Under the pieces are notes generated by a model. It made no database searches, had not been told where the DNA came from, and worked only from the letters and a program-made list of their open reading frames with translations. A stretch of DNA of 63,936 nt, counting the filler, from Ministeria vibrans ATCC 50519 (taxonomy: Eukaryota > Protista > Filasterea), in NCBI GenBank assembly GCA_943704425.1. It is 12 parts of 12 records of this genome, joined end to end, with 100 filler letters (N's around TTAATTAATTAA, not from the genome) between each part and the next. Parts side by side here need not be neighbours in the genome. Positions count along the whole stretch, not along the records: positions 30,311 to 41,904 come from CALSCP010002106.1; positions 42,005 to 44,549 come from CALSCP010001046.1; 10 more parts are not named here. One strand, 5' to 3'. Every line of letters begins with the position of its first letter. Positions within the stretch are counted from its first letter, which is position 1. A program made the position numbers and the translations under genes. Shown here piece after piece: positions 30,793-44,649 of this stretch.

Positions 30793-32315
30793 ATGGACCC
30801 CTTATCAGAAAGTCCCTCCTCTGATCCACTGACTCGTCTTGTCACGCAACATGCGGCAAGGTACTGAACTTGTGTGTGTGTGTGTGTGTGTGAGTGTGAG
30901 TCGTATTTTATGTTGTTTGGGCGCCGAGTAGAGAAGCAGCTCTCCTCCAGGAGAATCAAGCGCTGCGACGGCGCGTTGCGCAGGGCGAGCATCACCAAGA
31001 GCAAATGGATCGGCAGGGGGAGGTGGCGCGGGAGCTGGAGGCGGAGCTGCAGCGTGTGGTGAGTGCCATTGAGAGAGAGCGCGACGAGCGGGAACATCAC
31101 GATCGCGAACAGCAAGCGCTCGTTCGCAAGCTCATTGCGGAGCGAGACGCCGCCGCGGCCGCCGACAGCCGCCGCCACCAGATTGCACAGCGCCTCGAGC
31201 AGGAGCTTGCGGAGACGGTGGCGTCGGTGGACGCGGAACGGTCGCAGTGGCGATTCACTCAGGCAGAGCGCGATCGTCTGCTCGCAAGCCAGAAGCAGCT
31301 CGATGAGCTGCGCGCTCAGCACGACGACACAAAACGACAGCTGGAGCGTCAGTCTCGCGAGACAGCGCGACTCACACGCGAGCTGGAAGATGCACAGCAG
31401 CACCATAACGTCCAGCTTGAGCAGGAGCGCACTGTGCAGCGTCAGCTCCGGTCCAGTCTTTCCGCCGCACAGCGGGGCATTTCACCGGAAGACCACGAAC
31501 GAGCATTGCACGAACGCGACGAAGACTATGCGCACAGAATAGCCAAGTTGGCGGGCGACCTGGCCGAGGGAGACGCACGCGTTCACGAAGAGCACCAACG
31601 AACCCTAAGGTTGCTACGCGACGAACACGCACGCGCCATGAGCGAACTACGCGAGAGTCACACGGCCCAACTAGAAGGAATGGAGCAGAGCCATCAACGC
31701 GAGCTGGAACGCCTGCGTGGCGAGGCAGCAGAGAACGAAGAGCGTTTGCGCACCCAATGCGAATCCATGCGTGAGACCGTCTCAACGGCCCTCGCAAACT
31801 CGCAGCAATTCGATGCATCCAAGTACGACGCAGCCAAACAGATCGTGTCGCTTGCACGCAAGCACTCAATGGCAATGGAGCAGCTGTGCGACTCGTTGTT
31901 CGACCTGCGTGGTGCATCTACTCAGACGGCGTCCCTTCTTGAGTCAGCTGCGCGTGCCAGTGCAGTTCCTCTTCTGCCATCCGTGTCTCCCTCGCAGCCG
32001 TCACACCACCTCTCGCGCTTTGCCCAAGAGACTGCTGCGGCAGCTGCGCGTGCGGCAGAGGCAGTCCATGAGTTTCGTCGTCGCAGTGACATGCACACAC
32101 AACAACAAGAACAACAGCGAGGCGAATCTCGAGCACAAGAAGAAGATGAGGAACAATACCCATCTGAACGTGACTCCACCGGCACACACGCCACACAATC
32201 ACCATCGCTATCACCGTCACCACCACCACCGCAACAACAGCAACAGCAGCAGCAACACCAGCAGCAGCAACATAAACAACAACAACATCATCAACAACAA
32301 CAACAACAACAACAA

Positions 32316-32371
<56 letters not shown>

Positions 32372-32711
32372 CCCAATCAACCGCACTGCTCTCCTTCAGC
32401 GTCTCCTCGACAACCGCACTCGTCTCAACCCCTCCTCTCCCCACCACCACCACCACCAAGACGACCACTCTAACAAACCGCAACGCAAGCCATCACAACC
32501 ACCACACCCTAACCCCCACCACCCTCCCAACATTGCTTCCGACCCTCTCTCTCGTCTTCTCTCTCCCCATTCCTCTATCCATCTTCCTGACTCTGTCCGT
32601 TCGTATCTCGCCCAACGTCTCAAGTCTTCTTCTCATTCTCATTCCCTTGGGCGTTCTCGGTCTCATTCAATCGATTCAAACGCCGATAAGAAAAAACCCG
32701 TTTGGAAATAA
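30793..32711 (+). CDS. Long coiled-coil protein with C-terminal polyQ/His tracts, function unknown
   Basis: An ATG at 30793 and one intron lead into the 568-aa ORF. E/R/Q heptads, a CAG/CAA tract at ~32230-32370, and the end KKPVWK*. Confidence 0.75.
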
Positions 32712-32955
32712 AACTACGTCTGTTTAATACCGAATCTCTATTTTTTTTGTATTATTTTCGTACGATTTTTTTCTATTCTCTCTTCACAGTCACAAAATTC
32801 ACTCACTTTGACAGTCTCTCTCTCAATTGAACTTGACAGAAAAAAAACACACTCTCTCTATAACTCTCTTTTGCGTGTCTGTGTGTGCGTGGTGTGTGAG
32901 TGAGTTGTGTGTGTGAGTTGTTGGTGTGTGTGTGTGTGGGCGGAATTTGATTTGC

Positions 32956-34822
32956 CTATCGGCGTTTTGTGAGGGGCCACTCGAGATGGACCTTCTGGCC
33001 GTCGCCGGCAGTGAAGATGGGGTTTGTGGTGTAGAACTCGACGAGTTCCTCGAGCGTCGAGAACATGCGCTGCCCGATATTGTACAGTTTGTCTTTAGTC
33101 TCGACGCGGAAGTGGCGGATGCGCTCGGCCGTGTTGAGCGAGACAGAGAAGTTGTTGGGGTTGGCTTCGCTCTCGCGGACCAGAAAAACGCCGGGCCTCT
33201 CGTGCGCCAGAAGGTCTTCGCTCTCCTGTCGCGACAGTTTGCCATGATACCACTCGTACTTGTCGAGTGGAGACAGCACGCCGCCACCTGCGCCAATCTC
33301 CTCGACGTAGTTGCGCGGAATGAACCCTGTCTTCCCTCCCTTGTTGCGCGCAGACCACCAGTCCGCCTCCGTCTTCTGCAGAATCGACAGCTCTTCCCCT
33401 TTCTCAAACGGAAGCTCCTCGGGCACCTCCGACGTAAACTTGAACTTGGCTACCACCGTGCACACCACTGCGCCAGACGTCGCCGCTCCCCCTCGTCCTC
33501 CGTCCCGCGCAACTCCAGGTGCTCCCGCTCCACCACCTCCACTCGCTCCACCTGCATCCCCTGCTATTTCCTCAACTATAATAATAAAAAGAAAAGTAAA
33601 ACGCACACCATATCAGTCAAATCTCTTATCTCTGTCTTGTCTCTCTCTCAGTTTTCCAGAATGAATGAACATCTTAAAGCAACGTACCGTAGTTGGAAGG
33701 GAACCAGCCGACGCGATCGCCAACCTTTCCGCGCCACCAGCCGTCGTCTTCCTTCTCAATGACCTCGCAAATCTCCTTCTTCACCAACGCCAGTTCGTCT
33801 TCTCGGTTCGCTGTGTAGTTGTACTTGACGCGCGCCTTGCACAGAACCTACACAATGCGCAAAATGCATCCATGTGAGCACACACGCACACCCAAGCCAC
33901 TGCTGGCACACGGGGAACACAGCGGAGTGTACAAGAAGGGTAAAAAAAGATTACAAAAAAAAAAAAACGGTGTTCGAACATGACTGAAATTAAAGGTTTA
34001 GACAACGGGAGTGAGTGTGAGACAAGGACGCCATCGCAGGGAAGGGGCATCCACAGAGGGGGCGCGCACGGCGGGTGGCGTGATGGGGCCTGCACAGGCG
34101 CGTGAAACTGAGCGTTTTGAGTGCAGGTTAAAAAAAAAAATACGTTTTTGTAAAAAAAAGCGCTTAAAAAGCCCACAGGACAATTGAAGGCTGTGGGACA
34201 CGCCGCAGGCTTCGAGAGCCACAGGAAAGGGGGCGGCGTGAGGGGACGGAGCAGGCGCGAGCGACAGGAATCGAAAACGAGAGAAAAAACGAAACAAAAT
34301 ATGAAAGGGAAAGAGCCAAAGAAGGGCTGTTTCGGTGAGGCGCGCACGGAGAGGGGGCGTGCCGGGGAATGGAGACGTACCGCCAGGGACGACGCCGCCG
34401 CGCCACCGCCTTTCTTGCCCACTTTTGGCTTTTTGTCCTTTTGCAGTTGAAGATAGTTTTTCGGCACAAAGCCAGTCTGCAAAACCCACCCCCCCGATTC
34501 CAAGTCGTTAGTCGTGTCGTGTCTCTCTCGCTCCCACCCCTTCGTGTCTTCTTTTTTTTTTTCACTCTCTCTTTTTTTTCTCAAAATCTCCACAATATCT
34601 TTTTTTTTTCTGTCAATTCAGTCAAAGGACACTCAGACGCACTCGCGCTCCGCTGGAACATACCTGTCCAAGTTCATTCTCTACGTCCCACCAGTTCTTG
34701 GCGTCCAGCTTGGCCTGGTCTTCCTCAAGCAGGCGCAGTCGGTCGTTCTTCTTCAAAGTGAGCTCCTCGGCCGTCTTCGCCTGGTAGTCATACAGTGCGA
34801 TCGCCTCCTTTCTTCCCGACAT
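32956..34822 (-). CDS. NCK: Nck-type adaptor (SH3-SH3-SH3-SH2)
   Basis: SH3-1 ALYDYQAKTAEELTLKK..NWW..TGFVPKNY; SH3-2 ARVKYNYTANREDELAL..DGWWRG..GWFPSNY; SH3-3 AKFKFTSEVPEELPFEKGE..WW..GFIPRNYV; SH2 WYHGKLSR..GVFLVRESE. Confidence 0.93.
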
Positions 34823-35066
34823 GCCCGGATCAGTACTATGTTTGGGGTGGAGTCTTGCAAAATTCCGTGGTCTGGCCGCGAGAACAAAAAAACTGAAGTC
34901 TGAAAGTCTGAAACTGAAATACGACTCTAAAAACACACTTTCAGGTCCCAGGTGAGTTTCAGAATTGAGTCATTATTGGTCCAAGTAATACACTTATTGT
35001 GATTTCACTGACTGGTCATTTCTTACGCACACGCCCTACACGATTGACACACATACGTCCGTACGC

Positions 35067-35767
35067 ATGTCGGAAGGAACTGACAGATCAAGCGGCGACA
35101 GTGCCCTTGGCGACGATGGTGTCTCAGCTCCCTCTGCGACGCCACGGCGCTCGGTGACCTTCTCGACGTCGGAGAGCGACCTTGCTAGCACCGCCATGGC
35201 CGGCGTTGCAGCAGAGCCGGCGGCGGTGCTTCCCGGCGCGGATAGGGGCACGGGAGCGGACGACGCGCCGGACGAGTCTCTCTCGCGCAAAGTCAAAGTG
35301 CGCTCTCGCTACCTGTCTGCCCTCAACAAGATGCGCGACATGGACATGCTCGAGGGCAGCCGCCAGCAGAAGAAGAAGCTCCACATTGCGGACATTATCA
35401 AAATGGCTCGAAAGGTCAGTCAGACGTAATTGTCCTTTGCATTTTGGACGTTTGCCTTCCCCACAGCCGTCCTCCCGCTCGTTCCTGTGCTCCTGCTGTC
35501 CCAATTGCACTCCACACCAGCATTGCCGGCTGAGTTTGTCTCAGTCAACTGTTGATAAACCGGAGTTGAGCGTTTGTTTTTTTCTTTTTTCCTGTGGTTT
35601 GCACTTCTTCAGGATCTCGTCAACAAAGGAGTCAAAAACGACATCAAGACGATCCTCCTGGCCCGTCGCGAGGGCTCCGAGCAGATGTTGGTCAAACGAA
35701 GCACCCAGAACAAGCTGTCGGGTCTTGTCGTTCTTAAGGAAGACGTAAGAACAAAAACAAAACGACT

Positions 35768-35811
<44 letters not shown>

Positions 35812-37152
35812 ACTGTCTGGTTTATTTTTGTACCAGAATCAATTCCTTCGAGAGCAGACCATCATTGCGGCGCTGGTTCCATTCACAGGTGAGAGCCATA
35901 GTTGATCATGGAACGCGAACGCACACACGCACACTCACAAACACACAAACTTATAAACTTACTCAAACATACAAAGTTACAACACACACTCAAACACATA
36001 CCGAGTTTTTTAAACGGTATTAATTATTATTATTATTATTGTCTTTTGTTTGTGTGTCATTTTCAGCGCTTCGACGTCACCAATTGGACACTGTGACCTC
36101 CAAACTGTTGCGATCGTGTCAGGTGTGTTCGCGTTCACTGGGAAAGCTTAATGGCCGACAGAAGAAGTGTCTCAGTAAGTTCCTCTGACTCATTTTTTCA
36201 TTCCGATGCATGAACGATTCTTTTGTAGACTGCGGAATTTACCTTCACGAGAAATGCGAATTTTCTCTTCAAGACGATTGTGCTGACCGTAAGAGAAAAA
36301 CAAAAAACATGACGTCTTTGTTTTGTGATATTTGATATTCATGTGATTTTGTGTTTGTCTGTGTGTGATTAGAGCGCGTTGTGAAAATGGGAGTGAAGCA
36401 AAAGTACATTGGAAAGGGAGTGGATGACGTGGCAAAGCTGATGCTGGACCCACAGAACATCGAGAATGCGAAGTATGCGCGAGAGTTGCTCGGAATCTCA
36501 GAGGTCAGTGGCCCGAAAAGTGCACCACTAACCATTACTTTAATCTTAATGCCAAAGTGCAACCCTTGACTTAATTTTAATGCGAAAGTGCAACCCTTAC
36601 CTTAATCTTAATGTGTATTGCTTTCCATTGTCGTTCTGTTTGTAGACTCAGTATGGACAAGTGACAGGTGTGGTCAAGCAAAGCGTTCAAGCGTCATCCA
36701 TTGCCCGTACGTTCAGACCGAGACGCAGACAAAAGAGAAAGAGAGAGATGGAAAAACAAAGTGATAGAGAGAAAAAGGAGCGAGAGAGATTGAAAAGAGT
36801 TATAGTGAGAGCGCTGTTTGTCATAGCGTTTGCTGTGCCTCTCTTACATTTTGATTCTGTTTAGGATTTTATCGACGTGATGCTTGGCCCATCACCACCG
36901 TCTCTATCAAACGTAACAATCCCACCCCCAGCCACTCACCGTCAACTCACTTCCTTTCCTTTTTATATATGTTCTTAGTGCTTCGCGCAATGAATCTGGC
37001 AGGCAAAGACGCGACTGGTCTGAGTGATCCTTATGTGGTTCTACATTGCGGTGATTTTAACTGGCGCTCCAAAGTCATCAAGCAGAATCTCAATCCCGTC
37101 TGGGACGAAGACATTCCTCACTTGTAAATATATATATATATTGTGTGTGCGC

Positions 37153-37195
<43 letters not shown>

Positions 37196-40100
37196 GATAC
37201 GTGCGTCTAAGTCTTTGTTGTGTAGCGAGACCCGTCAGCTCGACACGTCCGTGCTCAAGCTCAGACTATGGTAACATTTTTGCAGCATGCCACAAAATGC
37301 ACTCTTACATTTCCACCCATACGCTCTCACTCACTTTCACTCTCACTCACTTTTACTCTTACTCACTTTCACTCTATTAGGGACTACGACGACAACGTTG
37401 CGTCGCGCACCAAAGCCGCCATCTTTGGAGAAAGTGATGACTTCCTTGGACAGATTGAGTACTCTATTGCGGACCAGAAGGGCCCCAGTCAACTCGTTCA
37501 AGTCGATCTCCAAGGCCGCACCAAGAAATCTGTCTTCAGTGGTGCGTACAATTTAGTGTTGTGTGTGTGTGTGTCAATGAATTTTGTGTTGTGTGTGTGT
37601 GTGTGTGTCAATGTGTTAACTCACTTGCTCGCTTTGTTATGCCCCTGACTATCGATCTCATTCTTTGAGTTTCTCAGTCACTGTGGCTCTTTTCTTTGCC
37701 ACAGTCACTCACTCCGCATTTCTTTAGGCAAGATTGACTTTCGCGTGACTCTACTTAATCTACCGCCGAACCAAGTCAGTCAACAGATCACAAAGGGCTC
37801 TCAGCAATACTACTTTCTCGTCCGCAAAGCAATCACTTGGGAACTCAAAAACATTCCAGAGTCCACTGGAAAGCTCTCAAAAGCGTATCTGCACAAATGC
37901 GCTTACACTCTGTATCATTCTCATACTTTTGTTGTTGTTGTAGTGCACAGTACATTCTGAGTCTCTACGCAATGCGCCACGCAGTCGGTGGTCTCCACCA
38001 CGAACTAGCGTATGCTATACACACATTCACACACACGCATTCTCTTTGACCTTTATCTGAACTCAACTTGCGCACCCTCACTCACCATGGCCAATTATTG
38101 GGTTCACGTTATCTTTAATACTCACAACTCATTGCTGACTTTTTTTTTTATCCCTGTTCACGTTTCTGCACTTGTAGTGTTGCGATGGTCCTGATGGAGT
38201 GCTACATGGAGAAGACTCTCACCGTGTCTCCCTCGTACATCCGTCTTGTCATGGCCGTACGACCTCTCCTCTTTCTTTGCTCTATCTTATTTGTTGTGTA
38301 TGTAGACTGTTGCGGAGTATGTGATGAATCTGCCGGGCTATCTCGATCCTGTACGAAAAAATCGAGACTCTATATTTGAGGTGATTGATAGTGTGCCTTT
38401 TGCGTGTTTTAGGAGCTGACTGTGCAGTTCCACCAGACAATCAAGGCGCTGCGCGAGTCTCTTCTGGCCGACATTGCCGAATACCGTGCTCTTTATTCTC
38501 CATCCAAGGCTGACATTGATGTACACATTAACCCTAATCCTAATCCTAGTTCTAATGCAACAGTCGTTGCCCTCAATACAAGCGTGTCCTCACAACCTTC
38601 TTCTCTCGTGTAGCGTCTTGGCGTTGACATTGATTTGCTCACTCTTGTGTGGCTCATCTTCCGCGAACCTCGCGCGTCTCTGGTTGAAAAGATTGCGTCT
38701 CGCCTGCAGGTATGCCGGTCTCTACCGCATTTTACACTCTTTTATTCACGCAACGCAACTTTACGTTGCTACTGTTCCCTCCTTAGGGGAACTGTGTATC
38801 GATTTACGCCGAAATCGGACGCTTGGTGGAAGAGCAGCTGCCCAACATTCAAAGCGAAGACGTTGTTGGTGCGGCATACATAATGCACATCGAGAGAGGA
38901 GGGAGAGAGAACAAAAATGATATAATATTATATATGATATATATATTATAATTATAATATATAATATTATATATACAGGGATAGGAGGAAGAAAGAAACC
39001 AAGGGATCGAGAGAGTGCTAATCGTGCGTGTTTGTGTGTGGTAGATGCGGTGAATCCTGATGAGTTGATTGAAGGCCTGGTGGCGGCGTCGCGTGCACAT
39101 GGAGATGATGGTGGGGTCGGTGAAGATGGACGACGGAAGTCAACCACAGTGCAGATGCTGGAGGCGAGTGATGATGAAGATGAAGCGGATGTCGATGGGG
39201 GCGGGGAGGACGGATGCGATGGCGGTGACGGTCTCAAGCGGGCCAAGCGACGCCCACGCTCAGTCGATGGAGGAGCGTCAGTGGCTGACATTGAGAGTGA
39301 TGATGGGACGTCTGCTGCCGTCCCGCGTGCTCGTGCGGCGGGTAAGCTTAGACCGACTTCGAGTGGAAACAGAATGAGTTTCTTTGACGGTGGTGGTAAG
39401 AAGTAATTATTATTGATGATAAGCAACACCTTGTTTACGAGTATATCTTTTTTTTAGATGAAGTGGACGACACGCCTGACACGGCTTTGCGAGTACGACT
39501 GGTGAAGGACTACGGGACCATCAGCACACAGTTTTGTTCCAAGTGGGAGATGATCCTTCACCAGGTAGAATCACTCATTGCCGAAGACTCTACCGTCTAC
39601 GCTCCCACTTTCAATCGGTACCCAGAATGACTCGAGACTCACTCATAAGCGCGACTTACATATTCTTACATATTTTGGTTATTATTATTATGATTGTTTT
39701 TAAAGTGTGGTTGATATGAAAGCTGTTTCTGCTGCCAAGTTCTGGGAGCTCATTTCGAATGACATTGAAGATGAAGTCCAAGAGACCTACTTGGTAAGAG
39801 CGATTTCTGTGTTATATTGCATTCTATTCATATCCCCTATATTTTGTGTGTGTTTGGTTAGAAACTGCTGGCACTGAAAGTGAGCGAAGGGAGTGTCGCG
39901 ATGCGTGAAGCGCAGCTGAAGATGGTCAAAGAGGCATCTGCGTTTGCCTACCGCCGCATTCTCAACTGCTACTTTATTGTCCGAGGTCAAGTCGTCACAC
40001 ATACGTATACGTAAACAGACTGGTTTTGAATCTCTCGATCTCTCTTTTTTTTTTGTGTCTGTGTATATTTGTGCATGTGTAGACGCTGGTCGTCGCCTGA

Positions 40101-41770
40101 TCAGCCTTGCCGCACGCTACACAACCATTCTGTCTATCGACCCTCTGCGCTCGTTCCGTCCCATGGTCATTGAAGTGTACTATGCCAATGTTGCGGCTCT
40201 CTTTGACCATGCCCTCAAGTTTGCCGATGCGGACACGGTACGTTATTTATTTTCTCTCACTCTCTCTGACTTTGCCTTCTTTGATTGCGTTGATTTTACG
40301 TTGATAGTTCACGTCCGTGAGCGAAAAAGATCTCCACTCCGAGACCATCAACGACCTTTCCATCATCTTCAATCAAGTACAAGACAGTCGTAGACACAAG
40401 CAATTGGGATTTCAATACTCACTCGTTCCCTTTCTCTGTATCACTTTGTTTTTTCTCCCTTTATTACTTTGTTTTTCTTTCCGTCTTCTCTGTTTTATTA
40501 TTTTATTATTTTATTATTTTTATTACGTCTTGTTTATTATATTTTCTCTCTTTTTTGTTTTTTTCTCTATCATTTTGTTCCTTAATCTTTCCCTCTCTCT
40601 TTTCCTCTCTTGTGTTTGTGCCTTAGGCGATTCTGTTCCACGAGTCGATTCAGTGGATGGAGGCGCGCGACGTAGCCATTTACATGCTGATCATTTCGGA
40701 GATGTTTAGTGATGTGGCCAAGTACTATGCGGAGCGGACGACAGTGCGTGTCATCAACTTGTTGATGGGCGAACTGACAGACACACAAGAGATCAACGTG
40801 AGATGCCCCTTTTAATCTCAAGCTTTCTTTTTGTTTCTAATTGTGTGTGTAGATATGTGTGGCGCTGAACAATCTGTTTTCGTTTCGTCGGCGAATGGTG
40901 AGTATGTTTACGGAGCAGAAGATTGCCTTGTTGGACCGAGCGCTTGGACAGAAACTCCCAGGTCAGTTTGTACCGTTTTCGTTGCGGAACAACCCGAAGA
41001 TGGCCGTGTTAGTGCATGAGCGAGCGGTGAGTGAGCTGCGACGCCTGCGAGGGACAGAGGAGGCGGCAGTTTCAATGGCCTGTGGCATTGCTGCGCCGGG
41101 TGCGCCATTGGGTGCGAGTAGCGCACATGTCGGTGAGAAGGAAGTGACGGACGTGAAGAAGACGGAAGGGGGAATGAGAGTGCGTCAGATGAAGCGGGTT
41201 AAAGGGGATGAGACGGACGACGATGATGATGATGATGATGATGATGACGACGACGAAGAAGATGATGATGAAGAAGATGATGATGTGGAAGAGAAGAAGG
41301 GGAATACGGAAGAAGCGGACGAGAATGGAACGGAAAAGGAAGAGGGAAGAGATAATGAAGGAAAAGAAGAAGCATCGGACGTGAGCATATCCAAAACGAA
41401 TACACTGCTGCCGGTGGTTGAGGAAAAACCTATCATCACAGAGCACTTTCTCAGTGCCAAGGCAGTGCTCACAGAATCACTTCGGTATGGACAATTGTGC
41501 GTTTATGTGTTTGTGTGAGACTGAGTCACTCATATTTTCTTTTGTAGAACGTGCACGCGTGCGTTTGTTGAGCATGGCGTCATGGAGGACATTGAGGATT
41601 GGATTGATGGCTGGTTCACGAACGAGGCGGAAAACACTGGCTTTGTTGCGTTTTTCCGTACGCGACGCTCAGCGAAAATGATGGAGGAAGAGAAAATGCC
41701 GGAGGATCTGGCGGCACTGGCACGGGAGAAACTGGCGTCGTTGGTGGAGTACATGGACAGTGTGCTCTAT
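35067..41770 (+). CDS. UNC13: UNC-13/Munc13 vesicle-priming protein (C1-C2B-MUN), 3' truncated
   Basis: C1 HQLDTVTSKLLRSCQVC...KKCLNCGIYLHEKCEFSLQDDC (exons 36067-36288). C2B AMNLAGKDATGLSDPYV..NLNPVWDE..LRLWDYDDNVASRTKAAIFGESDDFLGQ. A long helical MUN-like region follows. Confidence 0.85.
36516..36614. repeat. Intronic ~30-bp tandem repeat x3 (AAAGTGCAACCCTT..CTTAATCTTAATG)
   Basis: Three imperfect copies are visible in a Munc13 intron. Confidence 0.75.
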
Positions 41771-41804
41771 GTAAGGACATAGGAGAGTGAACGAACTAAG
41801 TGAT

Positions 41805-41904
<100 letters not shown>

Positions 41905-42394
41905 NNNNNNNNNNNNNNNNNNNNNNNNNNNNNNNNNNNNNNNNNNNNTTAATTAATTAANNNNNNNNNNNNNNNNNNNNNNNNNNNNNNNNNNNNNNNN
42001 NNNNTTTGTTTCTCTCTCTCTCTCTATCACTTTGCGGTTTTTTTTCGGGCGAAGATCTGACACGTAAAGGAAGCGTGGGGGTCCCGCTTGCAGACGGAAC
42101 ACGCGGGCATGCTGCGCGGTGCTCCCCTGTGCCCTTGGAAGGCCCTGCTGTGGCGCCCACCGTGTGTGGTGGTGTGGGGCGCAGTCAGTGGATACAATCG
42201 GAGCTCGCGCCACTTTTGCACACCCCGATAAGCGTCGTCGTCGCACCCGTGGTTGTCGCGCGTGCGGTTGGTTGCTTTGGACGCCGTTGTGCGCGCTCCT
42301 TGTGCCGTTTTGTCTGCTTTTTTCTACTGTTGCACTGTTGTGTTTGCGGTCGTTTTTTGCTCCTTACGATCTGCTGACTCGACGGCATCTATAG

Positions 42395-43927
42395 CTTCTA
42401 CTTGAGCACCATGCAGACTACGAGGCAGAAGACAACAAGGGGCGTTCGCCGGTGTTCAGCGCAGTCATTGGTTCGCAGAAGGATGCACTGGCAACGCTCG
42501 TCAAGTCAGGCGCCAACGTCGAGCACAAGGACTCGTCGGGAAGAACCGCCATGTTTTACGTGTCCGATCTTCAGGTAAAGCACATGATGCGGCAGCAAGC
42601 CAGAGGATGCACCAGACGGTTTGTTCCAAATGATGGATATAATGCATTTGAGACTTTACATGTCACTGAGAACCCAAAACATTACTATACTCTCTTTCGG
42701 CTGATGGAACACCCACTTTTAGTTTGTTTGTTGTTGTACTTGTGCCTTTGCTGTAATTCTGACCGTTCTTTCTTGTCGCTTTTGTGTCTCAGGTACTGCA
42801 TGTACTGCTTGGATTTGGAGCGAACCCACAAGCGAAGAATGCAGACGGCGAAACGGCGTACGACCTGGCTAAAAACGACCATTTGCAGCGCGCAATGGGC
42901 GACAAGACCCTCTTCCGCAAGGCCACCTTTGGTACATTTTCACGCACTTACACACGTGCATTTCTTTGCTTTTTCACGCCTTCTCTCCTTCTATCACTTT
43001 ATCTCTTTTATTTCTATCGCCATCTCTTTCTTGTCTTACAATTCGTTGTTTACATAATCGATGTCTATTTCTTTTAGAATAAGATATATTGTTATTTATC
43101 TGTTTCTCTCCCTCCCTTCTTTCACTCCCTTGTTTCTGTTTCTCACTTGATGTTTTTTCTTGTGCGTAGTGTCTGATATCCAACCGATTAAGCGTCACGT
43201 GGATAAGAAGAAGATGGCGGAGATTGAGGAGGCGGCACGTAAGCGCAAGGAGGAGGAGGAGGCGGCGTCCAAGGCGATGGCAGAGCAGTCAGGGGAGCTG
43301 GACGACCTGAAGACGATGTTGGCTAAGGAGGAGCAGGCGGAGAAGGAGCGACTGCAGAAGATTGCCGAGGAGGAGGCGGAGATGGAGGAGGCGCGCAAGA
43401 AGAGAGAGGCCGAGAAGGCCAAGTTGCAGGCGGAGTTTGCAGCGCATCGACAGAACCAGGAAAAAAAGGAGATGGCTAAGATGGCAGCGGACATGGGAGT
43501 GCCGCTGGAGGAGTTGGAGGCCATGATGGGGGAAATGATGGGCGGACCCAAGAAGAAGGCGCCACCCAAGGCACAGGACCCGCCTTCGACATTTAACTTT
43601 GTGGGACCGGCAAGTGGGGGTGCGCCGCCCGGCGACGATGACGACGTCGACATTGACATGGGAGTGCTGACCAAGGGCCGGTCGTCGGTCGATTTGGGGG
43701 ATGGTAGTAGCAAGAAGGGCAAGGCGCCAAGCAAACGCTCGTCGTCTATGAGCGTTGGCGGAGACGACGCAAAGGCGCAGAAGGCGCTGGAGAAGGAGAG
43801 AGCTGCCGAGGCCAAGAAGGCGGCAGCAGCCGAGGCCAAGGCCAAGAAGGAGGCGGAGAAGAAGGCCAAGGAGGAGGCCAAGGCAAAGGCAAAAGCGGAG
43901 AAGGAGGCAGCGAAGAAGAAGAAGTGA
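42395..43927 (+). CDS. Ankyrin-repeat protein with charged (E/K/A) coiled-coil C-terminus, 5' truncated
   Basis: LLLEHHADYEAEDNKGRSPVFSAV, LVKSGANVEHKDSSGRTAMFY and LLGFGANPQAKNADGETAYDLA, followed by EEK/AKK-rich helices. Confidence 0.85.
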
Positions 43928-44026
43928 TCTGACCGGGCGTCAATGAGATGATTCAGAGAGAGAGTGCACAAACAGTTTTTTTTTCTTTTCTTTTTCTTTT
44001 TTTAAAAAGTAGAAGCGACTTTTTTT

Positions 44027-44435
44027 TTACTGTGCAGTGAGGCATACGGCCTGGTAGTCTGAAAGAAGATGGCCCTTGGAGTCGTAATGAACGCGAAGCT
44101 CGGGAGCATCGGCACAGGGGCGCAGATAGGGCTGGCTGGCCAGGACGCCGACCTTGATATAGCCCGACATGTCAACGCACTGCTGCGACTGTGTGTGCAG
44201 CAGTGCCTGGGATGTCGTGTTCAACGTCCACAGTTGAGTGTCCAGTGCTGCGCGTGTTACGATCGGGGGGTGTGAGTTTGTGTGCGTAAAAGTATACAGG
44301 GTGGAGTGGGATTTGCGGTTTGCATACTTGAGTCGCACGTCTCAAAGGTGATTTGGCCGGTGTCGGTGTGAGCCTCAAGACACAGCTGGGTGTTGCTCTT
44401 GGACTGAATCACCGCAGACGTGTCCAGGGTAGCCT
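44027..44435 (-). CDS. C-terminal ricin-B (QxW) lectin domain of a truncated gene
   Basis: SNTQLCLEA..., DTQLWTL, LLHTQSQQCVDM and GHLLSDYQAVCLTAQ* show beta-trefoil spacing. Confidence 0.65.
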
Positions 44436-44474
44436 ACATTAATAAGTAGTACAAGCTGCTGTGTAAAAGAGAGG

Positions 44475-44549
<75 letters not shown>

Positions 44550-44649
44550 NNNNNNNNNNNNNNNNNNNNNNNNNNNNNNNNNNNNNNNNNNNNTTAATTA
44601 ATTAANNNNNNNNNNNNNNNNNNNNNNNNNNNNNNNNNNNNNNNNNNNN

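Noticed and set aside
43195-43971. 258-aa Ser/Ala/Phe-rich minus-strand ORF
   Set aside because: Antisense of the E/K-rich exon of the ankyrin gene.
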